Counted from the stretch's first letter, positions 8,687 through 18,883 are shown. The stretch: 64,000 nucleotides of DNA from Myxococcota bacterium (GCA_036012755.1 DASCPX010000040.1:32001-96000), one strand, 5' to 3'. Numbers and translations: made by a program. Notes: a model not told the origin generated them from the sequence alone.

Positions 8687-10934
8687 CTAGTTGGGCAGTG
8701 ACTCGGTCAGGTACGCGTCGAAGTGCAGATCAAGGACGAGCTCGTCGTACTCAGGGCAGATGTCAGCTGTACCCACCTCCTCGAGGCCGACCACGTCACC
8801 TGGGGACTCATCACAGTTTTGCTGTAGCACGTCGACGGCGTTGCCGGTCCATGTGTTCCCCGCCAACTCCGCGGTAGAGCCGTGCAGCAACACCCCGGCC
8901 TCAACGGCCCCTGAGATCGTGTTGCCCTCGAGCCGGAGCTCTGAGACCTCGTCCCGGGCCACGATGACGTCCCCGTGCACCTCTGTACCACCCCCGATGT
9001 CCCGGGCGGAGCCAGCGACGAGCGTGTTGTCGATGAGAGGCACGGCGCTCGGGCCCTGCACCCAGACCGCAGCGAGCTCGACATCCGTTACAGATGAGCT
9101 CTCCATCGTCACGACCGACGGCCCGTAGCTGGCCTCCTCGATGAAGACCCCGACCCCTCCCCCCTCGCTCGCGTCCTCGACCACATTCTCTACAGAACTC
9201 GACACGATCGACGCGTTGCAGGCCTCCAGCGCCAGGCCGGCGAAAGCCACGTCGCTCACGGAGCAGTCCGTGCAGGAGATGTCGGCGATGGCGCAGCTGA
9301 TCCCGGGACCCTCTATCGCCTCGACCACCAGGCCATCGATCTCCACCGTGACGTCCTGCTGGACCCCGATGCCAAAGGCGCTGGAGTGCTCGGCGGGTCG
9401 TGTCACGTTGCGGATCGTCGAGTCCTCGATCAGCGCGTATGACTCCTGAGCGACCTGGATCCCAGCGCCCACCGACCCGTCGATGAGGAGATCCCGGGCC
9501 ACCAGGTTCGCGTCGTAGCTGATGGCAGCTCCCCAACCGAACTCTCCGTCTTCCGTGACCTGGACGTCCAGGACGTCGACATCGTCGAGGTTCAGCGAGG
9601 CGCCCCCCTGGAACGCGCCAAGCCCGATGAACAAGGGCCTCTCCACTTTCACGCTCGTAGCGCTCACCGCACAGCCGTTCTGGGCGTGGATGCCAAGACC
9701 TATGTCCCGGCTGCTGGACCCGGTGATGTCCGTGATGTCCACGCGCTCGAAGACCGCAGTCGAGCCCTCGCCGTCGCACAGGACCCCGGCCTCGGCCACC
9801 CGGGCGACGGTCGCATCGGTGAGCACGAACCGACCACCCTGCGCGACCTCGATGCCGTGACCGGTGTCGCTGAGCGCTGCCGGAACGATGTCCTCGACGA
9901 CGATACTCGTCGCCCCATCCGCCAGGAACCCGGTCGCCATGTTGTCGTGAATCCAGCAGTTCCGAATCACGAGCGTGGTGTTCGACAGCGCGTCCAAGCC
10001 GTACCCGCCGACTAGCTGGGCGCGGGTGACCTCGTGGTCAGCTATCTCCACGCCGTCCACCTCGACGGAGAAGCCATTCGAGGTGATGACACCGCCGCCG
10101 TTGTTCGCCAACAGCGCTCCGCCGGTCATGACGAAGGACCCGCTGCGCCCGTCCACGCCCATCGCTGGCGCATCGGTCTCGCTGTAGGTGTTCGAGATCA
10201 CGGAGTCGACCAGGGTGACATCGGACTCACCCGTCACGTAGATGCCGACGTTCTCGTTGTTGTCGACGAGGCTGTCCTCCATGAACACGCTCGAGACGGT
10301 CGCGAAGATCCCGTAGCCGCCAGTGCCGTTGGTGGTCGACACGCCGTCGCGGATGCTGGTGCCGACGAAGGTGACGGTCGACTCCTCGGTCTGCACGTTG
10401 CGGTTCCAGTTTCCGTGCAGGTCGGAGTCGATGACCTCGACTACCGCGCCACCCGAGATGTCCAGCCCATAGCCTCCGGTGGCGCCGCTCCGACGAGTGC
10501 CGAGGACCTCCACGTCGGTCAGCGTCGCTGCTCCGCCCTCGACCAGCACCCCGAAGAGCTCACAGTCCTCTGCCACCACTGATTCCAGCGTTCCGGCGAG
10601 CGAGATGCCGCCGAGCCCCGCGCCCCGTACGGTCACTCCCGACAGCGCGCCAGAGACAGAAAAGCCCAAGCCCTCGGGGGTCCCCTCGAAGACCACCCAC
10701 TCGGGGCACGCTCCGATGATGGCCCCGGGGACATCCAGGCCCGCCGAGTAGGTCCCAGCCTCGACGAGGATCGGCGTCGTCCCTGCCGCCAGCGCAGCAG
10801 AGAGCTCCTCGTCGCTGGAGACGCTCGCCCTCGAGGTCCTCGAATCCGGCGCAGCGCTCGGGCACCTCTGGCTCGTCTGCCGGCTTGGACGGCTGCGGTT
10901 CGTCGCTCGCGCACCCGACCCAGAAAAGAAGCAT
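8687..10934 (-). pseudogene. Right-handed parallel beta-helix repeat lipoprotein with a frameshift near 10820 (pseudogene or sequence error)
   Basis: The signal MLLFWVG-C (10934) is in a different frame from the VSSDEELSAALAAG...EAGTY body and the long GxGI/GYGL beta-helix repeats ending at 8687. Confidence 0.75.
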
Positions 10935-10993
10935 CGGTCGAAGTGTAAGCGACCGACCCGAGCCTCGTTGTTTCCAGGAAACCTGGAGTCATC

Positions 10994-11824
10994 ATGTTCA
11001 TCCTCCTCGCACTCCCCGCCTGCAGTGAGCTCGCGATCCCCGTTCGCGCCACCCTCGACGACGGGCAGATCCTCTCCGGCACGCTCGGCACACCGACCCT
11101 GCTTCTCGAGGGGGGACTCGGCACGATCGAGATCCCGATCTACGACATCGGCGAGGTCGTGCCCGTCGAAGGTGGTGACCTCAGCGGATCCGGCGGGCAC
11201 GTGAACGTCTGGCTTCGCAACGGCTCGGAGCTCAAGGGGCGCTGGGCCGAGCCGGAGCTCGAGATCGGCGTCGAGGCGGGGGGCGTGGTCGTCCCAGTCG
11301 ACCTGCCGACCGACGAGCTCCTCCGCTTCCAGATGCTCGAAGGGCAGGTCTGGCCAGAGGGCCTCGTCTACCGCGTCAAGACCAGCCACGGCGACGACTT
11401 CCTCGTCGATCCCGTGCTGACCCAGATCGAGATCGAGAACGAGCTCGGTCGCTTCGCGCCGTTTTTGAGCGAATGCGTGAGCGTCGCCCCCATCCCCGGA
11501 TCCGAGGGCGAGTGGCGAGTCGAGCTCATCAGCGGCACCGTGCTGCAAGGCCCGCTCGTTCACGACGCCATCAACTTCGCGATGCCGATGGGACCGGACG
11601 AGGTCGAGGTCGGACTGGACGTCCTCGTCAGCCTGGAGCGGGAGAACTGGAGCGACAGTCACTACTACCGGGACGTGCTGGCTCCTGCGGAGTCCAACGC
11701 CGAGCCCATGTCCATGGGATGGGACGCGGACGATGAAGAGCAAGGTGCGGGTGCCGCGGACACCGCCGACGGCGTGTGGTTCAGCCGCCGCTCGATGGAC
11801 AACTACAAGCAGCAGACCCACTGA
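10994..11824 (+). CDS. Hypothetical lipoprotein with repeated small beta-domains (xxGxxLxG)
   Basis: GGAG SD, signal MFILLALPA-C. Repeats LDDGQILSG, LRNGSELKG, LISGTVLQG. Confidence 0.75.
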   Translation: MFILLALPACSELAIPVRATLDDGQILSGTLGTPTLLLEGGLGTIEIPIYDIGEVVPVEGGDLSGSGGHVNVWLRNGSELKGRWAEPELEIGVEAGGVVVPVDLPTDELLRFQMLEGQVWPEGLVYRVKTSHGDDFLVDPVLTQIEIENELGRFAPFLSECVSVAPIPGSEGEWRVELISGTVLQGPLVHDAINFAMPMGPDEVEVGLDVLVSLERENWSDSHYYRDVLAPAESNAEPMSMGWDADDEEQGAGAADTADGVWFSRRSMDNYKQQTH

Positions 11825-11831
11825 CAAGCCC

Positions 11832-11940
11832 GCCCCGGTCGCTCCTGCGGGCCAGTTCTTGCGGCACAGGTACCGACGCGGTCGGAAGCCTGCCGATGGG
11901 AACTACGGCGCGCGAAAGAGGCCGCGGGGGGAGCCGGGGC
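11832..11940. ncRNA. Candidate structured RNA or palindromic element (~110-nt long irregular hairpin) between convergent genes
   Basis: Nested complementarity: GCCCCGG/CCGGGGC, GCTCC/GGAGC, AGTTC/GAACT, CGGCA/TGCCG, CCGAC-GCG-GTCGG. Confidence 0.35.
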
Positions 11941-11943
11941 AAT

Positions 11944-12753
11944 CTAGTCGGGCATCCGAATGAGCCGCAGAGCGACGCGCCGCAGTCCATCGGCGCGGTT
12001 GACGATGCGCATCTCGCTGCCGCCCGGCAGAGCGCAGCCCCCCTCGACGATGTCGGTCTCCACCCAGGTCCCACAGCTGTCGACTTCGACGGTGACGGGG
12101 GCGTCCGAGCGCAGCGTCCAGGCCCAGACACCGGGGCGGATCGGCACGGAGGCGATGCTGCCCTCTGCGACGGCCACAGCCTCCACCGAGACGACCGCGC
12201 CCACGACGACAGGGATCTCGACCTCTTGCTCTCCAGCACGCACGCGGAGGGTCGTCCTGCCCGGGGCCCGAATCTCCAGGACACCGCCAGGCCCGACGGC
12301 GACGACGTGATCGTTCTCCGACCGGACGTGCACCGGCACGTCGATGGTGTTGTCGACCTCGTCGAAGACCTGGATCAGGAGAGGGTCCAGCTCGACCGGC
12401 TCCTGCACACCCTCGACGAGCTCCAAGACGACCTGGAGGTTGCGCGGTTCGACCTCGATTCGCCCGACCAGCTGGCAGACGACCTCGACTGGCTTGCGGA
12501 ACTCCTGGACCTGCAGCGTCACGACGGCCACACCGCTCCGCTGGCACGTGAAGCCCGCGTCCCCGACCGCGACCATGGTGGGGTCCGAGCTCTCGACCGG
12601 CGCGACCACGAGATCGGGCAGCAAGCGCCCCCGACCATCACGCGCGGGCGCGTCCGGGCGCACCTCGCGCTGGTCATACAGGGTGACCTGCTCGACATAG
12701 TCGATCTGCTCGGGGCCGCTCGAACAGCCCCCCATCCACACGAACAGGACCAT
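11944..12753 (-). CDS. Hypothetical lipoprotein with bacterial Ig-like (Big_2-like) domains
   Basis: Signal MVLFVWMGG-C. ESSDPTMVAV and RSENDHVVAVGPGGVLEIRAPGRTTLRV are typical Big_2 patterns. Confidence 0.7.
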   Translation of the reverse strand: MVLFVWMGGCSSGPEQIDYVEQVTLYDQREVRPDAPARDGRGRLLPDLVVAPVESSDPTMVAVGDAGFTCQRSGVAVVTLQVQEFRKPVEVVCQLVGRIEVEPRNLQVVLELVEGVQEPVELDPLLIQVFDEVDNTIDVPVHVRSENDHVVAVGPGGVLEIRAPGRTTLRVRAGEQEVEIPVVVGAVVSVEAVAVAEGSIASVPIRPGVWAWTLRSDAPVTVEVDSCGTWVETDIVEGGCALPGGSEMRIVNRADGLRRVALRLIRMPD

Positions 12754-12754
12754 C

Positions 12755-14074
12755 TCAGTCAGCGGCCGCCAGGTCGAGATCCTGCCCGGTGGCGCTGGTG
12801 GCGCCGGTCGGGAACTTGCCGGCGTCGTTCTCTCCGCCGGAGGCCACGTGCTCGCCGGGCTCGTTCACGATGCCGTTGCTGTCGTTGTCGGCGTAGGCCC
12901 AGAGGTACACGATCGTGTTCGCTGGAACGTCCAGGCTGTATGGAATCGAGGTCTGGCCAGAGATCTCTGCGGCGGTCCAGGACACCATGTCGTAGGCCTC
13001 GCCTTCGAGCGTCGAGACCGCGATCTCATGCGAGGGCCGGTACTTCAGGGCGGTGACGTAGACACTGGAGCCCGGGTCCAGATCGTCGAAGGTGCCGCCG
13101 GTGACGGAGACCTCACCGCTGATGGAGATGAACGGCACGATGTCGAAGGGCGAGCCGCCGTCCCCGAGAGGAACCTGGATGTCCATGCCCGTGAGGTCGG
13201 AGGTGCCGACCGTGATCGGGTTGCCGTCCACGTCCGGTTCGCTGATGTATGCGCCCCACCGGTCCATGGGGGTGATGAGGGTGTCGCCATCCCGGTCGTG
13301 GGCGCCGACGAGGTTCATGCTGCCGTAGCTCGCGCAGCTCGAGAAGGAGTAGGCGCCCGTGGCCCCGGAGCCGTTGGTCATCGGGGTCGTGTAGTCCCAG
13401 TGGTAGGGGCCGTTTCCGTTGGGGTCTAGCAGCATCGCCACCGCGACGCCGCCGGCGTAGCCCGCGGTAATGAGGACGTCGCCGCTGATGCTGACGGGGT
13501 CCATGCCGCACCACGCGCTGCCGTCTCCGCCGCCCGAGTCGAAGTCGTAGTAGGGGGCGAGAATGCTGATGTCGAGGTCGTCGTGGCTGTCGCCGTGCTG
13601 GACCAGTACGGCGTCGGGGTAGATGCCCATCGGCTCGCCGGAGCCGAGGATGCCGTCGCCCCAGTAGTCGACCTGGGCGTAGAGCCGGAGCTCCCGAGCG
13701 GTCTCGAGATCGACGCTGATCTCGTACTCGTTGGGACCGGTCTGCGGGCCGAGGATGGCGTCGGACCCATGGTAGATCTCACCGCCGCTGCCGTTGTCCT
13801 CGTAGGCGGTCACCCAGATGCCGCCGAAGCGCCACGTGTCGTCATAGGCGTCCTCCCAGGAGAGGTACTCGAGCTCACCATCGTCGTCGTAGGTGTAGAG
13901 CTGAACCGTGACCGTGCCGCGAAGCTCCCCGTGGACCTCGCCGCTATTGCCAGTGTCGTCACCAGGCTCGCCCGACTCCCCGCCGCCGGGGGTCGAGTCG
14001 TCCGGAGACGACGAGTCGTCCGAGCCGGGGTAGCCATTGCAACCAAGGGACAGGGCGATAAGGATCATGATCAC
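12755..14074 (-). CDS. Acidic lipoprotein, paralog A of a tandem pair
   Basis: Signal MILIALSLG-C. Dx[DN]xDG-like loops (DYWGDG, DRDGD, DNDSNG). Colinear with the neighbouring gene. Confidence 0.8.
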   Translation of the reverse strand: MIMILIALSLGCNGYPGSDDSSSPDDSTPGGGESGEPGDDTGNSGEVHGELRGTVTVQLYTYDDDGELEYLSWEDAYDDTWRFGGIWVTAYEDNGSGGEIYHGSDAILGPQTGPNEYEISVDLETARELRLYAQVDYWGDGILGSGEPMGIYPDAVLVQHGDSHDDLDISILAPYYDFDSGGGDGSAWCGMDPVSISGDVLITAGYAGGVAVAMLLDPNGNGPYHWDYTTPMTNGSGATGAYSFSSCASYGSMNLVGAHDRDGDTLITPMDRWGAYISEPDVDGNPITVGTSDLTGMDIQVPLGDGGSPFDIVPFISISGEVSVTGGTFDDLDPGSSVYVTALKYRPSHEIAVSTLEGEAYDMVSWTAAEISGQTSIPYSLDVPANTIVYLWAYADNDSNGIVNEPGEHVASGGENDAGKFPTGATSATGQDLDLAAAD

Positions 14075-14082
14075 TCCAGGAT

Positions 14083-15387
14083 TCAGTCTGCGGCTACGGC
14101 CAGCGACAGCTCATAACCCGCGCTGTCACTAGTCCCCGTGGGGACGCGACCGCTGGATTCGCCAGCGGCAGAGCCGACGGGCTCATCTGGACCGTTGACG
14201 ACGCCGTCGCCTTCGGAGTCCACATAGGCCCAGAGGTAGGTGATGGTGTTGCCCGGAACGGCCAAGCCGAACGGTGCCTCGGTGGCACCGGCGAGCTCGG
14301 AGGCAGTCCAGGACTGGGTGCTGTAGGCGATGTCGTCGAAGCTCGAGACGGCGATCTCGTTCGAGGGGCGGTACTTCAACGCCGTGACATAGACCATGGC
14401 GCCCGCGTCCAGGTCATCGAAGCTGCCCTCTGCCATGCCGACGGTGCCGGAGAGCGTGACGAAGGGAACGACGGCGATGCCGGCTTCGTCGCCGAGCGGG
14501 ATCTGGATGTCGTGCCCCGTCAGGTTCGTGGACCCGAGCATGACGGGGTTCGCGTCGACGTCGGGCTCTGTGTAGTAGGTGCCCCAGCGGTCGAGCGGAT
14601 CCGCGAGCTCGTTGCCGTTTGAGTCCCAGCAGCCGATGAGCCGGGCCGTGCCGTAGTTCTGGCAGATCGTGAGGTCGTAGGGCGCCTCGGCGCCCCCACC
14701 GGTGGAGACGGGGTTGTCCCAGGTCACGTGGTTCCCCATCGGGCCTTCGCCAGCTTCGTTGACGAGCAGGACCGCCGACTCACCACCAGCGTAGGAGACC
14801 GTGATGACCACGTCGCCGCTGATCCCCATGGTGTCGCAGCTGCCGCCGCCGCCGTAGCACTCGGGGACGAGGATGTTGATGTCGAGATCCTCGAGGGTGT
14901 CCCCGTCCTTCAGCGAGATGGCCTCCGGGTAGGTTCCGACGGGATCGTCGCTGCCGATGACGCGGTCGCCCCAGTAGTCCACCGCCGCGTAGAGGTAGAC
15001 GTCCGAGTTCGTCTCCAGCTTGACGTCGACGCTGTAGTCGTCCCCATTGGTGGAGGGAGAGTCGACGGTGTCCTGGCCGACATAGCGGCGGCCACCCTCC
15101 TCGTTGAGCGTGTACGCCGCGACGAAGACCTTTCCGAAGGAGTAGACCCCCCCGCAGGTCGAGTCTGCCCAGTCGATGGTCTCGCGCTCTCCGTCCTCGC
15201 CAGCCGTGTAGAGCTGGACGGTGACGTGGCCCCCGAGCTCCGCCTCGACCTCGCCCCCCTCCTCGCTGTCATCTGTCGCCTCGGAGTCAGGGGCGCTCGA
15301 ATCAGGCGTCTCGCTGTCGCCGGGGACGTGGTCCTTCCAGTCGCAGCCACTGGTCAGGAAGATTGCAAACAGAGTCCAGGTGCCCAT
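14083..15387 (-). CDS. Acidic lipoprotein, paralog B of a tandem pair
   Basis: GGAG SD, signal MGTWTLFAIFLTSG-C. Shares VTVQLYT, VDYWGD, EPDVD, VYVTALKYRPS, YLWAY with 12755..14074. Confidence 0.8.
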   Translation of the reverse strand: MGTWTLFAIFLTSGCDWKDHVPGDSETPDSSAPDSEATDDSEEGGEVEAELGGHVTVQLYTAGEDGERETIDWADSTCGGVYSFGKVFVAAYTLNEEGGRRYVGQDTVDSPSTNGDDYSVDVKLETNSDVYLYAAVDYWGDRVIGSDDPVGTYPEAISLKDGDTLEDLDINILVPECYGGGGSCDTMGISGDVVITVSYAGGESAVLLVNEAGEGPMGNHVTWDNPVSTGGGAEAPYDLTICQNYGTARLIGCWDSNGNELADPLDRWGTYYTEPDVDANPVMLGSTNLTGHDIQIPLGDEAGIAVVPFVTLSGTVGMAEGSFDDLDAGAMVYVTALKYRPSNEIAVSSFDDIAYSTQSWTASELAGATEAPFGLAVPGNTITYLWAYVDSEGDGVVNGPDEPVGSAAGESSGRVPTGTSDSAGYELSLAVAAD

Positions 15388-15468
15388 CTCGCCCTCCGAA
15401 GGGATCAATCATAGCCCGCGCGGCCCAGTAATAGGACTTTTTACACCTCGGTCCCGTGACCGATTGTG

Positions 15469-15480
15469 TTGACAAGTCAA
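15469..15480 (+). promoter_or_regulatory. TTGACA -35-like element embedded in the inverted repeat TTGAC-AA-GTCAA, upstream of the methylase
   Basis: Sequence TTGACAAGTCAA in an AT-richer divergent intergenic region. Confidence 0.4.
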
Positions 15481-15528
15481 GTCCATGCATGTGAATCTAC
15501 TTGAGCTGTTCTTGCTGAAGTTGGACAT

Positions 15529-16401
15529 ATGCAGGCTGTTGTTGCTGTTGTTGGACCGGACGAGTCCGTCCCCAGGGTGGTCGCCCGTCCGTTCTTGAAG
15601 TGGGCTGGTGGCAAGCGCAGAATCGTGCCGAGGCTGCTCGAGCGACTCACGCGCCCGATCGGGCGCTACCACGAACCCTTCGTGGGCGGGGGGGCGCTGT
15701 TCTTCTCGCTCGCCCAGCGGCTGGAGGACAGGGCAGAGCGCTGGGCGACGCTCACCGACATGAACCTCCGACTCGTGCGCGCATACCGGGGCATCAAGAA
15801 CGACTTCGACGGCGTGGTCGAGCGCCTCGACGCCTACCGGGCCGGTCACTGCGAGACGCAGTACTACGCGACGCGAGGGAACGACATCGACGCTTGCTCA
15901 GAGGACGCCGATGTCGCTGCCTGGATGATCTACCTGAATCGGACTGGCTTCAACGGGCTCTACCGCGTCAACAAGAGCGGCGGGTTCAACGTGCCGCTGG
16001 GGCGTTACGACAACCCGACGATCCTCGACGAGGGCAACCTCCGAGCCGTGAACCGGGTGCTGCAGAACGTCGAGGTCCGCCACGCCGACTTCACGAACGT
16101 GTTCTTCGAGGCACAACGGGGAGACGCGGTCTACTTCGACCCGCCCTACGTGCCGCTGTCGAAGACCTCGAACTTCACGGCCTACACCAAGGGCGGCTTT
16201 GGACCAGTGGATCAGCTGCGCCTCCGCGACATCGCCTGGGAGCTGAAACGGCGCGGCGTCGACGTCGTGCTCTCGAACCACGACACGGCAGAGGTCCGCG
16301 AGCTCTACCGGGACTTCCACATCGAGAGCGTGCTGGTCGGGCGAGCGATCAACTCGAAGGCTGGCGGTCGCGGCAAGGTCGCCGAGGTCATCATCAGCTA
16401 G
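15529..16401 (+). CDS. dam: Orphan DNA adenine methyltransferase (Dam/D12 class)
   Basis: RPFLKWAGGKR, EPFVGGGA, YLNRTGFNGLYRVN, FNVPLG, YFDPPY. No adjacent endonuclease. Confidence 0.92.
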   Translation: MQAVVAVVGPDESVPRVVARPFLKWAGGKRRIVPRLLERLTRPIGRYHEPFVGGGALFFSLAQRLEDRAERWATLTDMNLRLVRAYRGIKNDFDGVVERLDAYRAGHCETQYYATRGNDIDACSEDADVAAWMIYLNRTGFNGLYRVNKSGGFNVPLGRYDNPTILDEGNLRAVNRVLQNVEVRHADFTNVFFEAQRGDAVYFDPPYVPLSKTSNFTAYTKGGFGPVDQLRLRDIAWELKRRGVDVVLSNHDTAEVRELYRDFHIESVLVGRAINSKAGGRGKVAEVIIS

Positions 16402-17414
16402 TCGAGGCAGCCCTCGAGGTAGTCCCGGGCGGGCTCGGCCAGGCGGCGAGGGCCCCGCTCGATGACGATGCGGTAGCTGGTCATCGCCGCCCCGCAGTCC
16501 TCGAGCCGGTCACGTAGGAGCGTCGCGCGCAGGTAGTGGACCTCTGCGAAGCGGGGGCTGTGGGCGTGGACCTCGAGCCAGGCCTCGACCTGCGACAGCG
16601 CGTCCTCGGGGTCGACCTCTTCGGCGAGGCGCTCCAGCCGCATCACGCTGGCCTCGTGCGCGAAGGGCGACTCCGGGTACTCGGAGAGGAAGGTCTCGAC
16701 GTCGGCGAGCATCAGCTGTCCCGCATCCCGCGAGTTCATCAGGACCACGAAGGCCGGCACGTCCGGAGCGGGATCGACCCTCGGAGGCCGCCTCGGCAGG
16801 GGCCCCCAGGGCTGGATGGAGGCCACAGCGTCGACGTCCTCGACCTCCACGCGCTGTGCGCGCACACCCTCCACTTCGGCCTGTGGCTCGGCGGGGAGCG
16901 GACGTCGCCAGGACGTGCCGGCTGCCAGGAGCACGGTCCCATCTCCGGTGCGCACCTCTGCCTGCCCGGTGAAGACCTCGATGCGCACGTGGCCCCCATC
17001 CAGCAGGATGCTGACCCTGGCGCTCTCGAAGTCGACGTCGACCTCTCCCGCGCGCACCACGACGCGCCGGTCTGCCCGGAAGTTGGCGAGGCCATCCCGG
17101 AGCTCGATCACCAGCGCGTCCTCGTCGACTATTGCGGCATGAGCGCTGCCGTAGACCTCGACCCCAGGGGCGAGGTGGCGGGGGGCGTCAGGCCGTGGAA
17201 ACAGCACGAACGACAGCAGGACGGCGGCTACGGCGAGCAGCCACACGGGAGATCTCCGGCGAGCCTCCCGAGGCCGGAGTCGGGCCAGCTCCGCCGCGCT
17301 CGGCTCGGTGGCGCTCGAGAGCCCCGCCAGCAGTCCAGGCGACAGCGGCTCGACAAGGCGCGCGAGCTCGTCTTCGCTGGGCTCGAGGGCCTCGCGCAGC
17401 TCCGGGGGGATCAT
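16398..17414 (-). CDS. FecR-like anti-sigma factor with C-terminal TPR
   Basis: Start MIPPELREALEP (ATGA overlap), then a TM, a FecR-like beta region (IELRDG...VEVFTGQAEV...LAAG) and a TPR-like tail (FLSEYPESPF). Directly downstream of an ECF sigma. Confidence 0.75.
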   Translation of the reverse strand: MIPPELREALEPSEDELARLVEPLSPGLLAGLSSATEPSAAELARLRPREARRRSPVWLLAVAAVLLSFVLFPRPDAPRHLAPGVEVYGSAHAAIVDEDALVIELRDGLANFRADRRVVVRAGEVDVDFESARVSILLDGGHVRIEVFTGQAEVRTGDGTVLLAAGTSWRRPLPAEPQAEVEGVRAQRVEVEDVDAVASIQPWGPLPRRPPRVDPAPDVPAFVVLMNSRDAGQLMLADVETFLSEYPESPFAHEASVMRLERLAEEVDPEDALSQVEAWLEVHAHSPRFAEVHYLRATLLRDRLEDCGAAMTSYRIVIERGPRRLAEPARDYLEGCLD

Positions 17415-17944
17415 CCGCAGCTCCGGAGCAACAGGGAGTTGTCGTCGTCGACTCCGATGCCCTCCGCCTCGATCGCGTCTCGAAGAGCGCGACGGGCGGC
17501 GTGGAGACGGGAGTAGACCGTGCCGACGGGGATGCCGAGCATCGCCGTCACCTCCGGCGCGGTGCGGCCCTCGAGATCGCAGAGCACGACGACCTCGCGG
17601 TGGTCGTCCCGCAGTCGCTCCAGCGCGTACTGGACGGCACGCCGGCGGCGGAGGCGAGCCGCCTCCTCGTCGGTCTGGACCGGGCTCACCGGCTCGGCGA
17701 TCTGGTCGAGACCAAGGACCTTGCGGAAGGAAGCGCGGCGCCGCTTGTTCGCCAGCACCCGGCGCGTGATGCCATAGAGCCAGGTCGTGATGCGGCTCTC
17801 GCCACGGAAGCTGCCCAGCCGCTTCAGCGCGACCTCGAAGACCTCCTGAGCGCAGTCCTCCGGGTCGAGGTGGGGTCCCCCGAGCCGGATGCACCAGCCA
17901 AGGACGAGGCGGGCGTGCTCCCGGTAGAAGGTCGCCGGGTCCAT
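17411..17944 (-). CDS. ECF RNA polymerase sigma factor
   Basis: EDCAQEVF, FRGESRITTWLYGITRR, REVVVLCDLEG, GIPVGTVYSRLHAAR. Confidence 0.92.
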   Translation of the reverse strand: MDPATFYREHARLVLGWCIRLGGPHLDPEDCAQEVFEVALKRLGSFRGESRITTWLYGITRRVLANKRRRASFRKVLGLDQIAEPVSPVQTDEEAARLRRRRAVQYALERLRDDHREVVVLCDLEGRTAPEVTAMLGIPVGTVYSRLHAARRALRDAIEAEGIGVDDDNSLLLRSCG

Positions 17945-18816
17945 CAGCTGCGCCCCGCTTCGCGAGCGACGTGGAACTCGAGCTGGGCGGTGACGGGCTC
18001 GAAGTAGAGGGTGTCGCTGGAGCCGACCCGGAAGACGCGATCCGAGAGGAACACGGTGCCCTCGACCGTCACCGCGATGCCGATGCCGACAGCCACGGCG
18101 CCGGGCTGGAAGGAGTCGCCCCACCAGCGGAGGCGCGCGGTCGCGCCGGGGACGACCAGGCTGAGCACCTCGTCTCCAGCCTCGTCGGCGTAGTGGAGGA
18201 AGCGTGTCTGGGTCGCGAGCGCGGGCTCGATGGCACCGGCGGGCAGCGGCAGGTACAGGCCGACCTGGGCCCCGACTCCGAGGCGACGTCCAAACCACGT
18301 CGGTGAGTCCGCCGACTCGAGCTGCTCGGCCAGGTCCGCGAGCACGACCGCCGAGGCGCTGAGCGAGCGTACCCTCACGCCCACCTCCCCGGCCAGCCGC
18401 ACGGGGGGGCCGTGCCAGGGCAGCCCGGGCCCGCCGGTGAGGCCGACACGGAGTATCGGAGGGCTGGTGTCGGCCAGCTCCGGGCGGGGAACAGGGTCGG
18501 GCCTGGGTTCTGGGAGCCAGCCGCTGTCGCTGGGCTCGAGCTCGGTCGTCCAGCTGCGAACGAGGAGGACCTGCGTGAGCACATCGGGGCTCACGACCTC
18601 CACGCGCGAGCTGTCCCCATCCACCAGGTGCAGCTGTCCCTCTTCGTACCAGACGCCCTGAGTCCCCACCGGACCGACCAGGACGTGGATGTCCGAATCC
18701 GGCCAGTGCGTTTCGAGGGCCCGGGTGATCTCGACCGCCTCGTCGATGTCCTCGACCCACCAGTCGATGGCCGACGCCATGGAGCAACACAACAGCAGCA
18801 TGACAGAGGTGTACAT
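17944..18816 (-). CDS. Secreted or outer-membrane protein co-transcribed with the ECF sigma
   Basis: Signal-like N-terminus, Pro-rich linker and amphipathic beta strands. TGATG coupling to the sigma gene. Confidence 0.65.
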   Translation of the reverse strand: MYTSVMLLLCCSMASAIDWWVEDIDEAVEITRALETHWPDSDIHVLVGPVGTQGVWYEEGQLHLVDGDSSRVEVVSPDVLTQVLLVRSWTTELEPSDSGWLPEPRPDPVPRPELADTSPPILRVGLTGGPGLPWHGPPVRLAGEVGVRVRSLSASAVVLADLAEQLESADSPTWFGRRLGVGAQVGLYLPLPAGAIEPALATQTRFLHYADEAGDEVLSLVVPGATARLRWWGDSFQPGAVAVGIGIAVTVEGTVFLSDRVFRVGSSDTLYFEPVTAQLEFHVAREAGRS

Positions 18817-18883
18817 CGGGCTTACCCCGATTGGTGTCCCGACCGGACCGATCCCTTCGCCGCGCCTGCCTCGGAGCGCCCGC

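Noticed and set aside
10935..11827. N-terminal 300 aa of the 1046-aa ORF 8687..11827
   Set aside because: It is antisense to the real gene 10994..11824. The true start is the frameshifted signal peptide at 10934.
15529..16401. Restriction-modification or prophage island around the methylase
   Set aside because: There is no endonuclease, integrase, att-like repeat or compositional shift in the flanking genes.
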